Assembly: GCA_964016885.1 (NCBI GenBank)
Contig: OZ024740.1
Span: 402,380,001-402,444,000, forward strand
Length of the DNA stretch: 64,000 nt
Reading direction: 5' to 3'
From: Eledone cirrhosa
Lineage: Eukaryota
Shown: one piece after another, positions 22,756-39,300 of the stretch
Layout of the letters: the number at the start of each line of letters is the position of its first letter
Numbering within the stretch: position 1 is the stretch's first letter
Notes under the pieces: generated by a model
Database searches by the model: none
The model's input: only the letters and a program-made list of their open reading frames with translations
What the model was told of the DNA's origin: nothing
Position numbers and translations under genes: made by a program

Positions 22756-23649
22756 CACATACAGAAGGAGAGAGGGCGCCAGAGCTATACATATTTTTGA
22801 ATATTCTCCTCTATAGAACCAAACACACACATATATTGAAGTATGTATGAACATGATTATATATGAGTAAATTAATTAATCGGCTTGTAACACTTGAAAT
22901 TACTATACATAATTAATTAACTAAATGTAATAATCAAGCAATACTTGTAACAACGAGCCCAATTACCTATTAATTATTTCTATTTTATTCTGTTTATAGT
23001 TCTTATTTAAATGAAAGTTATTCTAATTTTATTTTGACAGTTAAACTGGATTAGAGGCAGGGATTAATGTATATTGCCAAGTTTGGCCTTGTTTAAAAAT
23101 GAACTTTCATATTTAAAATGTCTTTTTTTTATGCTTCCGACCAAACTGTCAGCTATCACAAACGTTAATCTAGTTTCAAGCTTAAGCTGATAAGAACAAA
23201 CATTAAGAGATTATGGGCATGATCTTGCAAAAATTTTAACTAATAAATTATGGACTCAGAAATAAGATAAATGTGAGGCACACGCTATCGAGTAAGCTGC
23301 TGTATTCAATACTCACATACAGACATATATGCGCATACATAAACTAGATTTTGTGATAAGCAGAATATCGTTAGTGACATGTCACAGAAAGAAACATAAA
23401 AAAATCAAATTGAAAGAAGAAAAAAAAGGTGTTTGTTAGAACTAATATTGATACTGCTTCTGTGAATGTTTGAAAGTGTCTTACGTTTTATATAGTTTTC
23501 AATTTTGCCTTTAGCAGAGCTGTCGGGTGTTTACAACTATAATCTTATAGGTTCCTGTCGTTTCATTACTGTCACCTATTTAGCTATAGGATGTCAGCTG
23601 CTAAGCTATATGCACACAAACCCTCTCTCCCAAAATGTAATACTCACGA

Positions 23650-23838
<189 letters not shown>

Positions 23839-24383
23839 AGACACAGACATTTATTGCGCTGATTGGTGATGCCATGCTCCCAACACACGATTAGGGCATT
23901 AATAAACTCCCTAATCTGACCGGTTATAGCAGGACATTGGTTTAAAATTAAGAAGCTATGCATGCATGTGCATGTGTGTTGTTTAATTCACGCATAGACG
24001 TGTGTTACTATATGAGTTTCGTGGTGTGTACTTGTTTTTGTTTGTAATGGTTTCAGTGACAATATAAACAAACTGTGAGGTCAACATGACGGTAATTAAT
24101 GTCAGCAACCACCCACCACAGCAAGGACACGTATCATTCTGTCACACACAGTCATAATATTTTTAAGCCCGTTCTTACCATCCGCACCAATACCAGCATC
24201 GGTATTGCTAAAATGACGTAGACAATGCCGTCGCTAGCGCCGCTGATGAGAACTATGATGACGACAACGATGACGACGACGACGACCACCACCACCACCA
24301 ACAGCAGCACCACCGCAACTACAACTACTTCGAGTAGCAGATCCACCACCCATCACACCGCCACCCAAACACACATAACGTAA

Positions 24384-27300
24384 CCATCACCACAACCACC
24401 ACAGACATCATCACGACAACGACGACGATCACAACCACCACAAACATCATCACGACAACGACGACCACAACCACCACAAACATCATCAGACAACGACGAC
24501 CACAACCACCACAAACATCGTCACGACAACGACGACCACGTCCACCACAAACATCATCACGACAACAACGACCACAACCACCACAAACATCATCACGACA
24601 ACAACCACAACCACCACAGACATCATCACGACAACGACAACGACCACAACCACCACAAACATCATCAGACAACGACGACCACAACCACCACAAACATCAT
24701 CACGACAACAACGACCACAACCACCACAAACATCATCACGACGACAACGACGACCACAACCACCACAAACATCATCACGACAACAACCACAACCACCACA
24801 AACATCATCACGACAACGACCACAACAACCACAAACATCATCACGACAACGACCACAACAACCACAAACATCATCACGACAACGACGACCACAACCACAA
24901 CAAACATCATCACAGAAACGACGACGACCACAACCACAACAAACATCATCACGACAACGAACACGACAACCACAAACATCATCACGACGACAACGACGAC
25001 CACAACCACCACAAACATCATCACGACAACGACGACCACATCCACCACAAACATCATCACGACGACGACAACGACTACAACCACCACAAACATCATCACG
25101 ACAACGACGCCACAACCACCACAAATATCATCACCACAACGACGACCACAACCACCACAAACATCATCTCGACGACGACGACGACCACAACTACCACAGA
25201 CATCATTACCACAACGACGACCACAAACATCATCACGACAACGACGACGACCACAACCACCACAAACATCATCACGACAACGACGACCACAACCACCACA
25301 AACTTCATCACGACGCCGACGACCACAACCACCACAAACATCATCACGACAACGACGCCACAACCACCACAAACATCATCACGACGACGACCACCACAAC
25401 CACCACAAACATCATCACGACAACGACGCCACAACCACCACAAACATCATCACGACAACAACGACCACAACCACCACAAACATCATCACGACAACGACGA
25501 CGACCACAACCACCACAAACATCACCACGACAACGACGACCACAACCACCACAAACATCATCACGACAACGACGACCACAACCACCACAAACATCATCAC
25601 GACAACGACGACCACATCCACCACAAACATCATCACGACAACGACGACGACCACAACCACCACAAACATCATCACGACAACGACGACCACAACCACCACA
25701 AACATCATCACGACGACGACGACCACAACCACCACAAACGTCATCACGACAACGACGACGACCACAACCACCACAAACATCATCACGACAACGACGACCA
25801 CAACCACCACAAACATCATCACGACGACAACGACCACAACCACCACAAACATCATCACGACAACAACGACCACACCACCACAAACATCATAACGACAACG
25901 ACGACGACCACAACCACCACACACATCATCACGACGACAACAACCACAATCACCACAAACATCATCACGACAACAACGACCACAACCACCACAAACATCA
26001 TCACAACAACGACGACCACAACCACCACAAACATCATCACGACAACAACGACCACAACCACCACAAACATCATCACGACAACAACGACCACAAACACCAC
26101 AAACATCATCACGACAACGACGACGACCACAACCACCACAAACATCATCACGACGGCAGCGACCACAACCACCACAAACATCATCACGACAACGACGACC
26201 ACAACCACCACAAACATCATCAGGACAACGACGAGCACGTCCACCACAAACATCATCACGACGACGACGACCACAACCACCACAAACATCATCACGACAA
26301 CGACGACCACAACCATCTTAAACATCATCACGACAACGACGACCACAACCACCACAAACATCATCACGACAACGACGACCATGTCCACCACAAACATCAC
26401 CCCGACAACGACGACCACAACCACCACAAACATCATCACGACAACGACGATGACCACAACCACCACAACCATCATCACGACAACGACGACCACAACGACC
26501 ACAAACATCATCACGACAACGACGACGACCACAACCAGCACAAACATCATCACGACGACGACGGCCACAACCACCACAAACATCATCACGACAACGACGA
26601 CGACCACGACCACCACAACCATCATCACGACAACGACGACGACCACAACCACCACAAACATCATCACGACAACGACGACGACCACGACCACCACAACCAT
26701 CATCACGACAACGACGACGACCACAACCACCACAAACATCATCACGACGACAACGACCACAACCACCACAAACATCATCATGACAACGACGACGAACACA
26801 ACCACTACAAACATCAACACGACGACAACGACCACAACCACCACAAACATCATCACGACAACAACGACCACAACCACCACAAACATCATCACGACAACGA
26901 CGACGACCACAACCACCACAAACATCATCACGACGACAACGACCACAACCACCACAAACATCATCACGACAACAACGACCACAACCACCACAAACATCAT
27001 CACGATAACGACGACGACCACAACCACCACAAACATCATCACGACAACGACGACCACAACCACCACAAACATCATCACGACGACAACGACCACAACCACC
27101 ACAAACATCATCACGACAACGACGACCACATCCACCACAAACATCATCACGACAACAACGACCACAACCACCACAAACATCATCACGACAACGACGACGA
27201 CCACAACCACCACAAACATCATCACGACGACAGCGACCACAACCACCACAAACATCATCACGACAACGACGACCACAACCACCTAAAACATCATCACGAC

Positions 27301-30300
27301 AACGACGACCACAACCACCACAAACATCATCAGGACAACGACGAGCACGTCCACCACAAACATCATCACGACGACGACGACCACAACCACCACAAACATC
27401 ATCACGACAACGACGACCACAACCATCTTAAACATCATCACGACAACGACGACCACAACCACCACAAACATCATCACGACAACGACGATGACCACAACCA
27501 CCACAAACATCATCACGACAACGACGACGACCACAACCAGCACAAACATCATCACGACGACGACGGCCACAACCACCACAAACATCATCACGACAACGAG
27601 GACGACCACAACCACCACAAACATCATCACGACAACGACGACGACCACGACCACCACAACCATCATCACGACGACAACGACCACAACCACCACAAACATC
27701 ATCACGACAACAACGACCACAACCACCACAAACATCATCACGATAACGACGACGACCACAACCACCACAAACATCATCACGACAACGACGACCACAACCA
27801 CCACAAACATCATCACGACGACAACGAACACAACCACCACAAACATCATCACGACAACGACGACCACATCCACCACAAACATCATCACGACAACAACGAC
27901 CACAACCACCACAAACATCATCACGACAACGACGACGACCACAACCACCACAAACATCATCACGACGACAGCGACCACAACCACCACAAACATCATCACG
28001 ACAACGACGACCACAACCACCTAAAACATCATCACGACAACGACGACCACAACCACCACAAACATCATCAGGACAACGACGAGCACGTCCACCACAAACA
28101 TCATCACGACGACGACGACCACAACCACCACAAACATCATCACGACAACGACGACCACAACCATCTTAAACATCATCACGACAACGACGACCACAACCAC
28201 CACAAACATCATCACGACAACGACGATGACCACAACCACCACAAACATCATCACGACAACGACGACGACCACAACCAGCACAAACATCATCACGACGACG
28301 ACGGCCACAACCACCACAAACATCATCACGACAACGAGGACGACCACAACCACCACAAACATCATCACGACAACGACGACGACCACGACCACCACAACCA
28401 TCATCACGACGACAACGACCACAACCACCACAAACATCATCACGACAACGACGACGACCACAACCACCACAAACATCATCACGACGACAACGACCACAAC
28501 CACCACAAACATCATCATGACAACGACGACGACCACAACCACCACAAACATCAACACGACGACAACGACCACAACCACCACAAACATCATCACGACAACA
28601 ACGACCACGACCACCACAAACATCATCACGACAACGACGACGACCACAACCACCACAAACATCATCACGACGACAACGACCACAACTACCACAAACATCA
28701 TCACGACAACAACGACCACAACCACCACAAACATCATCACGACAACGACGACGACCACAACCACTACAAACATCATCACGACGACAACGACCACAACCAC
28801 CACAAACATCATCACGACAACGACGACCACAACTACCTCAAACATCATCACGACAACGACGACCACAACCATTACAAACATCATCACGACGACAACGACC
28901 ACAACCACCACAACCACCACAAACATCATCCTGACAACAACGACCACAACCACCACAAACATCATCACGACAACGACGACGACCACAACCACCACAAACA
29001 TCATCACGACAACGACGACGACCACAACCACCACAAACAGCATCACGACGACGACGACCACAACCACCACAAACATCATCACGACAACGACGACGACCAC
29101 AACCACCACAAACATCATCACGACGACGACGACCACAACCACCACAAACATCATCACGACAACGACGACCACAACCACCTCAAACATCATCACGACAACG
29201 ACGACCACAACCACCACAAACATCATCACGACAACGACGACCGCGTCCACCACAAACATCATCACGACAACGACGATCACAACCACCACAAACATCATCA
29301 CGACAACGACGATCACAACCACCACAAACATCATCACGACAACAACGACCACAAACCACCACAATCATCATCACGACAACGACGACGACCACAACCACCA
29401 CAAACATCATCACGACAACGACGACCACCAGCCACCACAATCATCATCACGACAACGACGACCACAAACCACCACAATCATCATCACGACAACGACGACA
29501 ACCACAACCACCACAAACATCATCACGACAACGACGACCACAACCACCACAAACATCATCACGACAACGACGACCACATCCACCACAAACATCATCACGA
29601 CAACGACGCCACAACCACCCCAAACATCATCACGACAACGACGACGACCACAACCACCACAAACATCATCACGACAACGACGACGACCACAACCACCACA
29701 AACATCATCACGACGACGACGACCGCAACCACCACAAACATCATCACGACAACGACGACCACAACCACCACAAGCATCATCACGACAACGACCACCACAA
29801 CCACCACAACCATCATCACGACAACGACGACGACCGCAACCAGCACAAACATCATCACGACAACGACGACCACAACCACCTCAAACATCATCACGACGAC
29901 GACGACCACAACCAGCACAAGCATCATCACGTCAACGACGATCACAACCACCACAAACATCATCACCACAACGACGACGACCACAACCACCTCAAACATC
30001 ATCACGACGACGACGACCACAACCAGCACAAGCATCATCACGTCAACGACGATCACAACCACCACAAACATCATCACCACAACGACGACGACCACAACCA
30101 CCTCAAACATCATCACGACAACGACGACCACAACCAGCACAAGCATCATCACGTCAACGACGATCACAACCACCACAAACATCATCACCACAACGACGAC
30201 GACCACAACCACCACAAACATCATCACGACGACGACGACCACAACCACCACAAACATCATCACGACAACGACGACCACAACCACCTCAACCATCATCACG

Positions 30301-33300
30301 ACAACGACGACGACCACAACCACCACAAACATCATCACGACAACGACGACCACAACCACCACAAACATCATCACGACGACAACGACCACAACCACCACAA
30401 ACATCATCACGACAACAACGACCACAACCACCACAAACATCATCACGATAACGACGACGACCACAACCACCACAAACATCATCACGACAACGACGACCAC
30501 AACCACCACAAACATCATCACGACAACGACGACCACATCCACCACAAACATCATCACGACAACGACGACCACATCCACCACAAACATCATCACGACAACG
30601 ACAACGACCACAACCACCACAAACATCATCACGACAACGACGACCACAACCACCACAAACATCATCACGACGACGACGACCACAACCACCACAAACATCA
30701 TCACGACGACGACGACCACAACCACCACAAACATCATCACGACAACGACGACCACAACCACCACAAACATCATCACGACGACAACGACCACAACCACCAC
30801 AAACATCATCACGACGACGACGACCACAACCACCACAAACATCATCACGACAACGACGACGACCACAACCACCACAAACATCATCACGACAACGACGACC
30901 ACAACCACCACAAACATCATCACGACGACGACGACCACAACCACCACAAACATCACCACGACAACGACGACCACAACCACCACAAACATCATCACGACAA
31001 CGACGACGACCACAACCACCACAAACATCATCACGACGACAACGACCACAACCACCACAAACATCATCACGACAACAACGACCACAACCACCACAAACAT
31101 CATCACGACAACGACGACGACCACAACCACCACAAACATCATCACGACAACGACGACGACCACAACCACCACAAACATCATCACGACGACAACGACCACA
31201 ACCACCACAAACATCATCACGACAACGTCGACGACCACAACCACCACAACCATCATCACGACAACGACGACGTCCACAACCACCACAACCATCATCACGA
31301 CAACGACGACCACAAACCACCACAATCATCATCACGACAACGACGACGACCACAACCACCACAAACATCATCACGACGACAACGACCACAACCACCACAA
31401 ACATCATCACGACAACGTCGACGACCACAACCACCACAACCATCATCACGACAACGACGACGTCCACAACCACCACAACCATCATCACGACAACGACGAC
31501 CACAAACCACCACAATCATCATCACGACAACGACGACCACAAACCACCACAATCATCATCACGACAACGACGACCACAACCACCACAAACATCATCACGA
31601 CAATGACCACCACAACCACCACAAACATCATCCTGACAACAACGACCACAACCACCACAAACATCATCACGACAACAACGACGACCACAACCACCACAAA
31701 CATCATCACGACGACAATGACCACAACCACCACAAACATCATCACGTCAACGACGACCACAACCACCACGAACATCATCACGACAACGACGACGACCACA
31801 ACCACCACAAACATCATCACGACGACAATGACCACAACCACCACAAACATCATCACGACGACGCCGACCACAACCACCACAAACATCATCACGACAACGA
31901 CGACGACCACAACCACCACAAACATCATCACGACGACGACGACCACAACCACCACAAACATCATCACGACAACGACGACCACAACCACCTCAAACATCAT
32001 CACGACAACGACGACCACAACCACCACAAACATCATCACGACAACGACGACCACAACCACCTCAAACATCATCACGACGACGACGACCACAACCACCACA
32101 AACATCAACACGACAACGACGATCACAACCACCACAAACATCATCACGACAACGACGATCACAACCACCACAAACATCATCACGACAACGACGACGACCA
32201 CAACCACCACAAACATAATCACGACAACGACGACCACCAGCCACCACAATCATCATCACGACAACGACGACCACAAACCACCACAATCATCATCACGACA
32301 ACGACGACAACCACAACCACCACAAACATCGTCACGACAACGACGACCACAACCACCACAAACATCATCACGACAACGACGACCACATCCACCACAGACA
32401 TCATCACGACAACGACGCCACAACCACCCCAAACATCATCACGACAACGACGACCACAACCACCTCAAATATCATCACGACAACGACGACGACCACAACC
32501 ACCACAAAAATCATCACGACAACGACGACGACCACAACCACCACAAACATCATCACGACGACGACGACCGCAACCACCACAAACATCATCACGACAACGA
32601 CGACCACAACCACCACAAGCATCATCACGACAACGACGACCACAACCACCACAAACATCACCACGACAACGACGACCACAACCACCACAACCATCATCAC
32701 GACAACGACGACGACCGCAACCAGCACAAACATCATCACGTCAACGACGATCACAACCACCACAAACATCATCACCACACCGACGACGACCACAACCACC
32801 ACAAACATCATCACGACGACGACGACCACAACCACCACAAACATCATCACGACAACGACGACCACAACCACCACAAACATCATCACGACAACGACGACCA
32901 CAACCACCACAAACATCATCACGACAACGACGACCACAACCAGCACAAACATCATCACGTCAACGACGATCACAACCACCACAAACATCATCACCACAAC
33001 GACGACGACCACAACCACCACAAACATCATCACGACAACGACGACCACAACCACCACAAACATCATCACGACAACGACGACCACAACCACCTCAACCATC
33101 ATCACGACAACGACGACGACCGCAACCACCACAAACATCATCACCACAACGACGACGACCACAACCACCACAAACATCATCACGACGACGACGACCACAA
33201 CCACCACAAACATCATCACGACAACAACGACGACCACAACCACCACAAACATCATCACGACGACGACGACCACAACCACCACAAACATCATCACGACAAC

Positions 33301-36300
33301 GACGACCACAACCACCACAAACATCATCACGACAACAACGACGACCACAACCACCACAAACATCATCACGACAACGAGGACGACCACAACCACCACAAAC
33401 ATCATCACGACAACGACGACGACCACAACCACCACAACCATCATCACGACAACGACGACCACAACCACCACAAACATCATCACGACAACGACGACCACAA
33501 CCACCACAAACATCATCACGACAACGACGACCACGTCCACCACAAACATCATCACGACGACGACGACCACAACCACCACAAACATCATCACGACAACGAC
33601 GACCACAACCAGCACAAACATCATCACGACAACGACGACCACAACCACCACAAACATCATCACGACAACGACGACCACGTCCACCACAAACATCATCACG
33701 ACGACGACGACCACAACCAGCACAAACATCATCACGACGACGACGACCACAACCACCACAAACATCATCACGACAACGACGACCACAACCAGCACAAACA
33801 TCATCACGACGACGACGACCACAACCACCACAAACATCATCACGACAACGACGACCACAACCAGCACAGACATCATCACGACAACGACGATCACAACCAC
33901 CACAAACATCATCACGACAACGACCACCACAACCACCACAAACATCATCCTGACAACGACGACCACAACCACCACAACCATCATCACGACAATGACGACG
34001 TCCACAACCACCACAACCATCATCACGACAATGACGACGTCCACAACCACCACAACCATCATCACGACAACGACGACGACCACAACCACCACAAACATCA
34101 TCACGACAACGACGACCACAACCACCACAAACATCATCACGACAACGACGATCACAACCAGCACAAACATCATCACGACAACGACCACCAAAACCACCAC
34201 AAACATCATCACGACAACGACGACGACCACAACCACCACAAACATCATCACGACGACAATGACCACAACCACCACAAACATCATCACGACAACGACGACC
34301 ACAACCACCACAAACATCATCACGACAACGACGACCACAACCACCACAAACATCATCACGACAACGACGACCACAACCACCACAAACATCATCACGACAA
34401 CGACGACCACAACCACCACAAACATCATCACGACAACAACGACCACAACCACCACAAACATCATCACGACAACGACGACCACAACCACCACAAACATCAT
34501 CACGACAACGATGACCACAACCACCACAAACATCATCACGACGACAATGACCACAACCACCACAAACATCATCACGACAACGACGACCACAACCACCACA
34601 AACATCATCACGACAACGACGACCACAACCACCACAAACATCATCACGACGACAATGACCACAACCACCACAAACATCATCACGACAACGACGACCACAA
34701 CCACCACAAACATCATCACGACAACGACGACCACAACCACCACAAACATCATCACGACAACGACGACCACAACCACCACAAACATCATCACGACAACGAC
34801 GACCACAACCACCACAAACATCATCACGACAACGACGACCACAACCACCACAAACATCATCACGACAACAACGACCACGTCCACCACAAACATCATCACG
34901 ACAACGACGACCACAACCACCACAAACATCATCACGACAACGACGACCACGTCCACCACAAACATCATCACGACAACGACGACCACAACCACCACAAACA
35001 TCATCACGACGACAATGACCACAACCACCACAAACATCATCACGACAACGACGACCACAACCACCACAAACATCATCACGACAACGACGACCACAACCAC
35101 CACAAACATCATCACGACGACAACGACCACAACCACCACAAACATCATCACGACGACAACGACCACAACCACCACAAACATCATCACGACAACAACGACC
35201 AGAACCACCACAAACATCATCACGACAACAACGACCACAACCACCACAAACATCATCACGACAACGACGACCACAACCACCACAAACATCATCACGACAA
35301 CGACGACCACAACCACCACAAACATCATCACGACGACAACGACCAGAACCACCACAAACATCATCACGACAACGACGACCACAAACCACCACAAACATCA
35401 TCACGACAACGACGACCACAACCACCACAAACATCATCACGACGACAACGACCAGAACCACCACAAACATCATCACGACAACGACGACCACAAACCACCA
35501 CAAACATCACCACGACGACAACGACCACAACCACCACAAACATCATCACGACGACAACGACCACAACCACCACAAACATCATCACGACAACGACGACCAC
35601 AAACCACCACAAACATCATCACGACAACGACGACCACAACCACCACAAACATCATCACGACGACAACGACCAGAACCACCACAAACATCATCACGACAAC
35701 GACGACCACAAACCACCACAAACATCACCACGACGACAACGACCACAACCACCACAAACATCATCACGACGACAACGACCACAACCACCACAAACATCAT
35801 CACGACAACAACGACCACAACCACCACAAACATCATCACGACAACGACGACGACCACAACCACCACAAACATCATCACGACAACGACGACCACAACCACC
35901 ACAAACATCATCACGACAACAACGACCACAACCACCACAAACATCAACACGACAACGACGACCACAACCACCACAAACATCATCACGACAACGACGACCA
36001 CAACCACCACAAACATCATCACGACAACGACGACCACAACCACCACAAACATCATCACGACGACAACGACCAGAACCACCACAAACATCATCACGACAAC
36101 GACGACCACAAACCACCACAAACATCATCACGACAACGACGACCACAACCACCACAAACATCATCACGACGACAACGACCAGAACCACCACAAACATCAT
36201 CACGACAACGACGACCACAAACCACCACAAACATCATCACGACAACGACGACCACAACCACCACAAACATCATCACGACAACGACGACCACAACCACCAC

Positions 36301-39300
36301 AAACATCATCACGACAACAACGACCAGAACCACCTCAAACATCATCACGACAACGACGACCACAACCACCACAAACATCACCACGACAACGACGACCACA
36401 ACCACTACAAACATCATCACGACGACAACGACCACAACCACCACAAACATCATCACGACAACGACGACCACAACCACCACAAACATCACCACGACAACAA
36501 CGACCACAACCACCACAAACATCATCACGACAACGACGATCACAACCACCACAAACATCATCACGACAACGACGACCACAAACCACCACAAACATCATCA
36601 CGACAACGACGACCACAACCACCACAAACATCATCACGACAACGACGACCACAACCACTACAAACATCATCACGACGACAACGACCACAACCACCACAAA
36701 CATCATCACGACAACGACGACCACAACCACTACAAACATCACCACGACAACGACGACCACAACCACCACAAACATCATCACGACAACGACGACCACAACC
36801 ACTACAAACATCATCACGACAACGACGATCACAACCACCACAAACATCATCACGACAACGACGACCACAAACCACCACAAACATCATCACGACAACGACG
36901 ACCACAACCACCACAAACATCATCACGACGACAACGACCAGAACCACCACAAACATCATCACGACAACGACGATCACAACCACCACAAACATCATCACGA
37001 CAACGACGACCACAACCACTACAAACATCACCACGACAACGACGACCACAACCACCACAAACATCATCACGACAACGACGACCACAAACCACCACAAACA
37101 TCATCACGACGACAACGACCAGAACCACCACAAACATCATCACGACAACGACGACCACAACCACCACAAACATCATCACGACAACGACGACCACAAACCA
37201 CCACAAACATCATCACGACGACAACGACCAGAACCACCACAAACATCACCACGACAACGACGACCACAACCACCACAAACATCATCACGACAACGACGAC
37301 CACAAACCACCACAAACATCATCACGACGACAACGACCAGAACCACCACAAACATCATCACGACAACGACGACCACAACCACCACAAACATCACCACGAC
37401 AACGACGACCACAACCACCACAAACATCATCACGACAACGACGACCACAAACCACCACAAACATCATCACGACGACAACGACCACAACCACCACAAACAT
37501 CATCACGACAACGACGACCACAACCACTACAAACATCATCACGACAACGACGATCACAACCACCACAAACATCATCACGACAACGACGACCACAACCACT
37601 ACAAACATCACCCGACAACGACGACCACAACCACCACAAACATCATCACGACAACGACGACCACAAACCACCACAAACATCATCACGACGACAACGACCA
37701 GAACCACCACAAACATCATCACGACAACGACGACCACAACCACCACAAACATCATCACGACAACGACGACCACAACCACTACAAACATCACCACGACAAC
37801 GACGACCACAACCACCACAAACATCATCACGACAACGACGACCACAAACCACCACAAACATCATCACGACGACAACGACCAGAACCACCACAAACATCAT
37901 CACGACAACGACGACCACAAACCACCACAAACATCATCACGACGACAACGACCACAACCACCACAAACATCATCACGACAACGACGACCACAAACCACCA
38001 CAAACATCATCACGACAACGACGACCACAACCACTACAAACATCACCACGACAACGACGACCACAACCACCACAAACATCACCACGACAACGACGACCAC
38101 AACCACCACAAACATCATCACGACAACGACGACCACAAACCACCACAAACATCATCACGACGACAACGACCAGAACCACCACAAACATCATCACGACAAC
38201 GACGACCACAAACCACCACAAACATCATCACGACGACAACGACCAGAACCACCACAAACATCATCACGACAACGACGACCACAACCACTACAAACATCAC
38301 CACGACAACGACGACCACAACCACCACAAACATCATCACGACAACGACGACCACAAACCACCACAAACATCATCACGACGACAACGACCAGAACCACCAC
38401 AAACATCATCACGACAACGACGACCACAACCACCACAAACATCATCACGACAACGACGACCACAACCACTACAAACATCACCACGACAACGACGACCACA
38501 ACCACCACAAACATCATCACGACAACGACGACCACAACCACCACAAACATCATCACGACAACGACGACGACCAGAACCACCACAAACATCATCACGACAA
38601 CGACGACCACAACCACCACAAACATCATCACGACAACGACGACCACAACCACCACAAACATCAACACGACGACAACGACCACAACCACCACAAACATCAC
38701 CACGACAACGACGACCACCACCACCACAAACATCATCACGACAACGACGACCACAACCACCACAAACATCAACACGACGACAACGACCACAACCACCACA
38801 AACATCACCACGACAACGACGACCACAACCACCACAAACATCATCACGACAACGACGACCACAACCACCACAAACATCATCACGACAACGACGACGACCA
38901 GAACCACCACAAACATCATCACGACAACGACGACCACAACCACCACAAACATCATCACGACAACGACGACCACAACCACCACAAACATCAACACGACGAC
39001 AACGACCACAACCACCACAAACATCAACACGACGACAACGACCACAACCACCACAAACATCATCACGACAACGACGACCACCACCACCACAAACATCACC
39101 ACGACAACGACGACGACCAGAACCACCACAAACATCATCACGACAACGACGACGACCACAACCACCACAAACATCATCACGACAACGACGACCACAACCA
39201 CCACAAACATCATCACGACAACGACGACGACCAGAACCACCACAAACATCATCACGACAACAACGACCACAACCACCACAAACATCATCACGACAACGAC

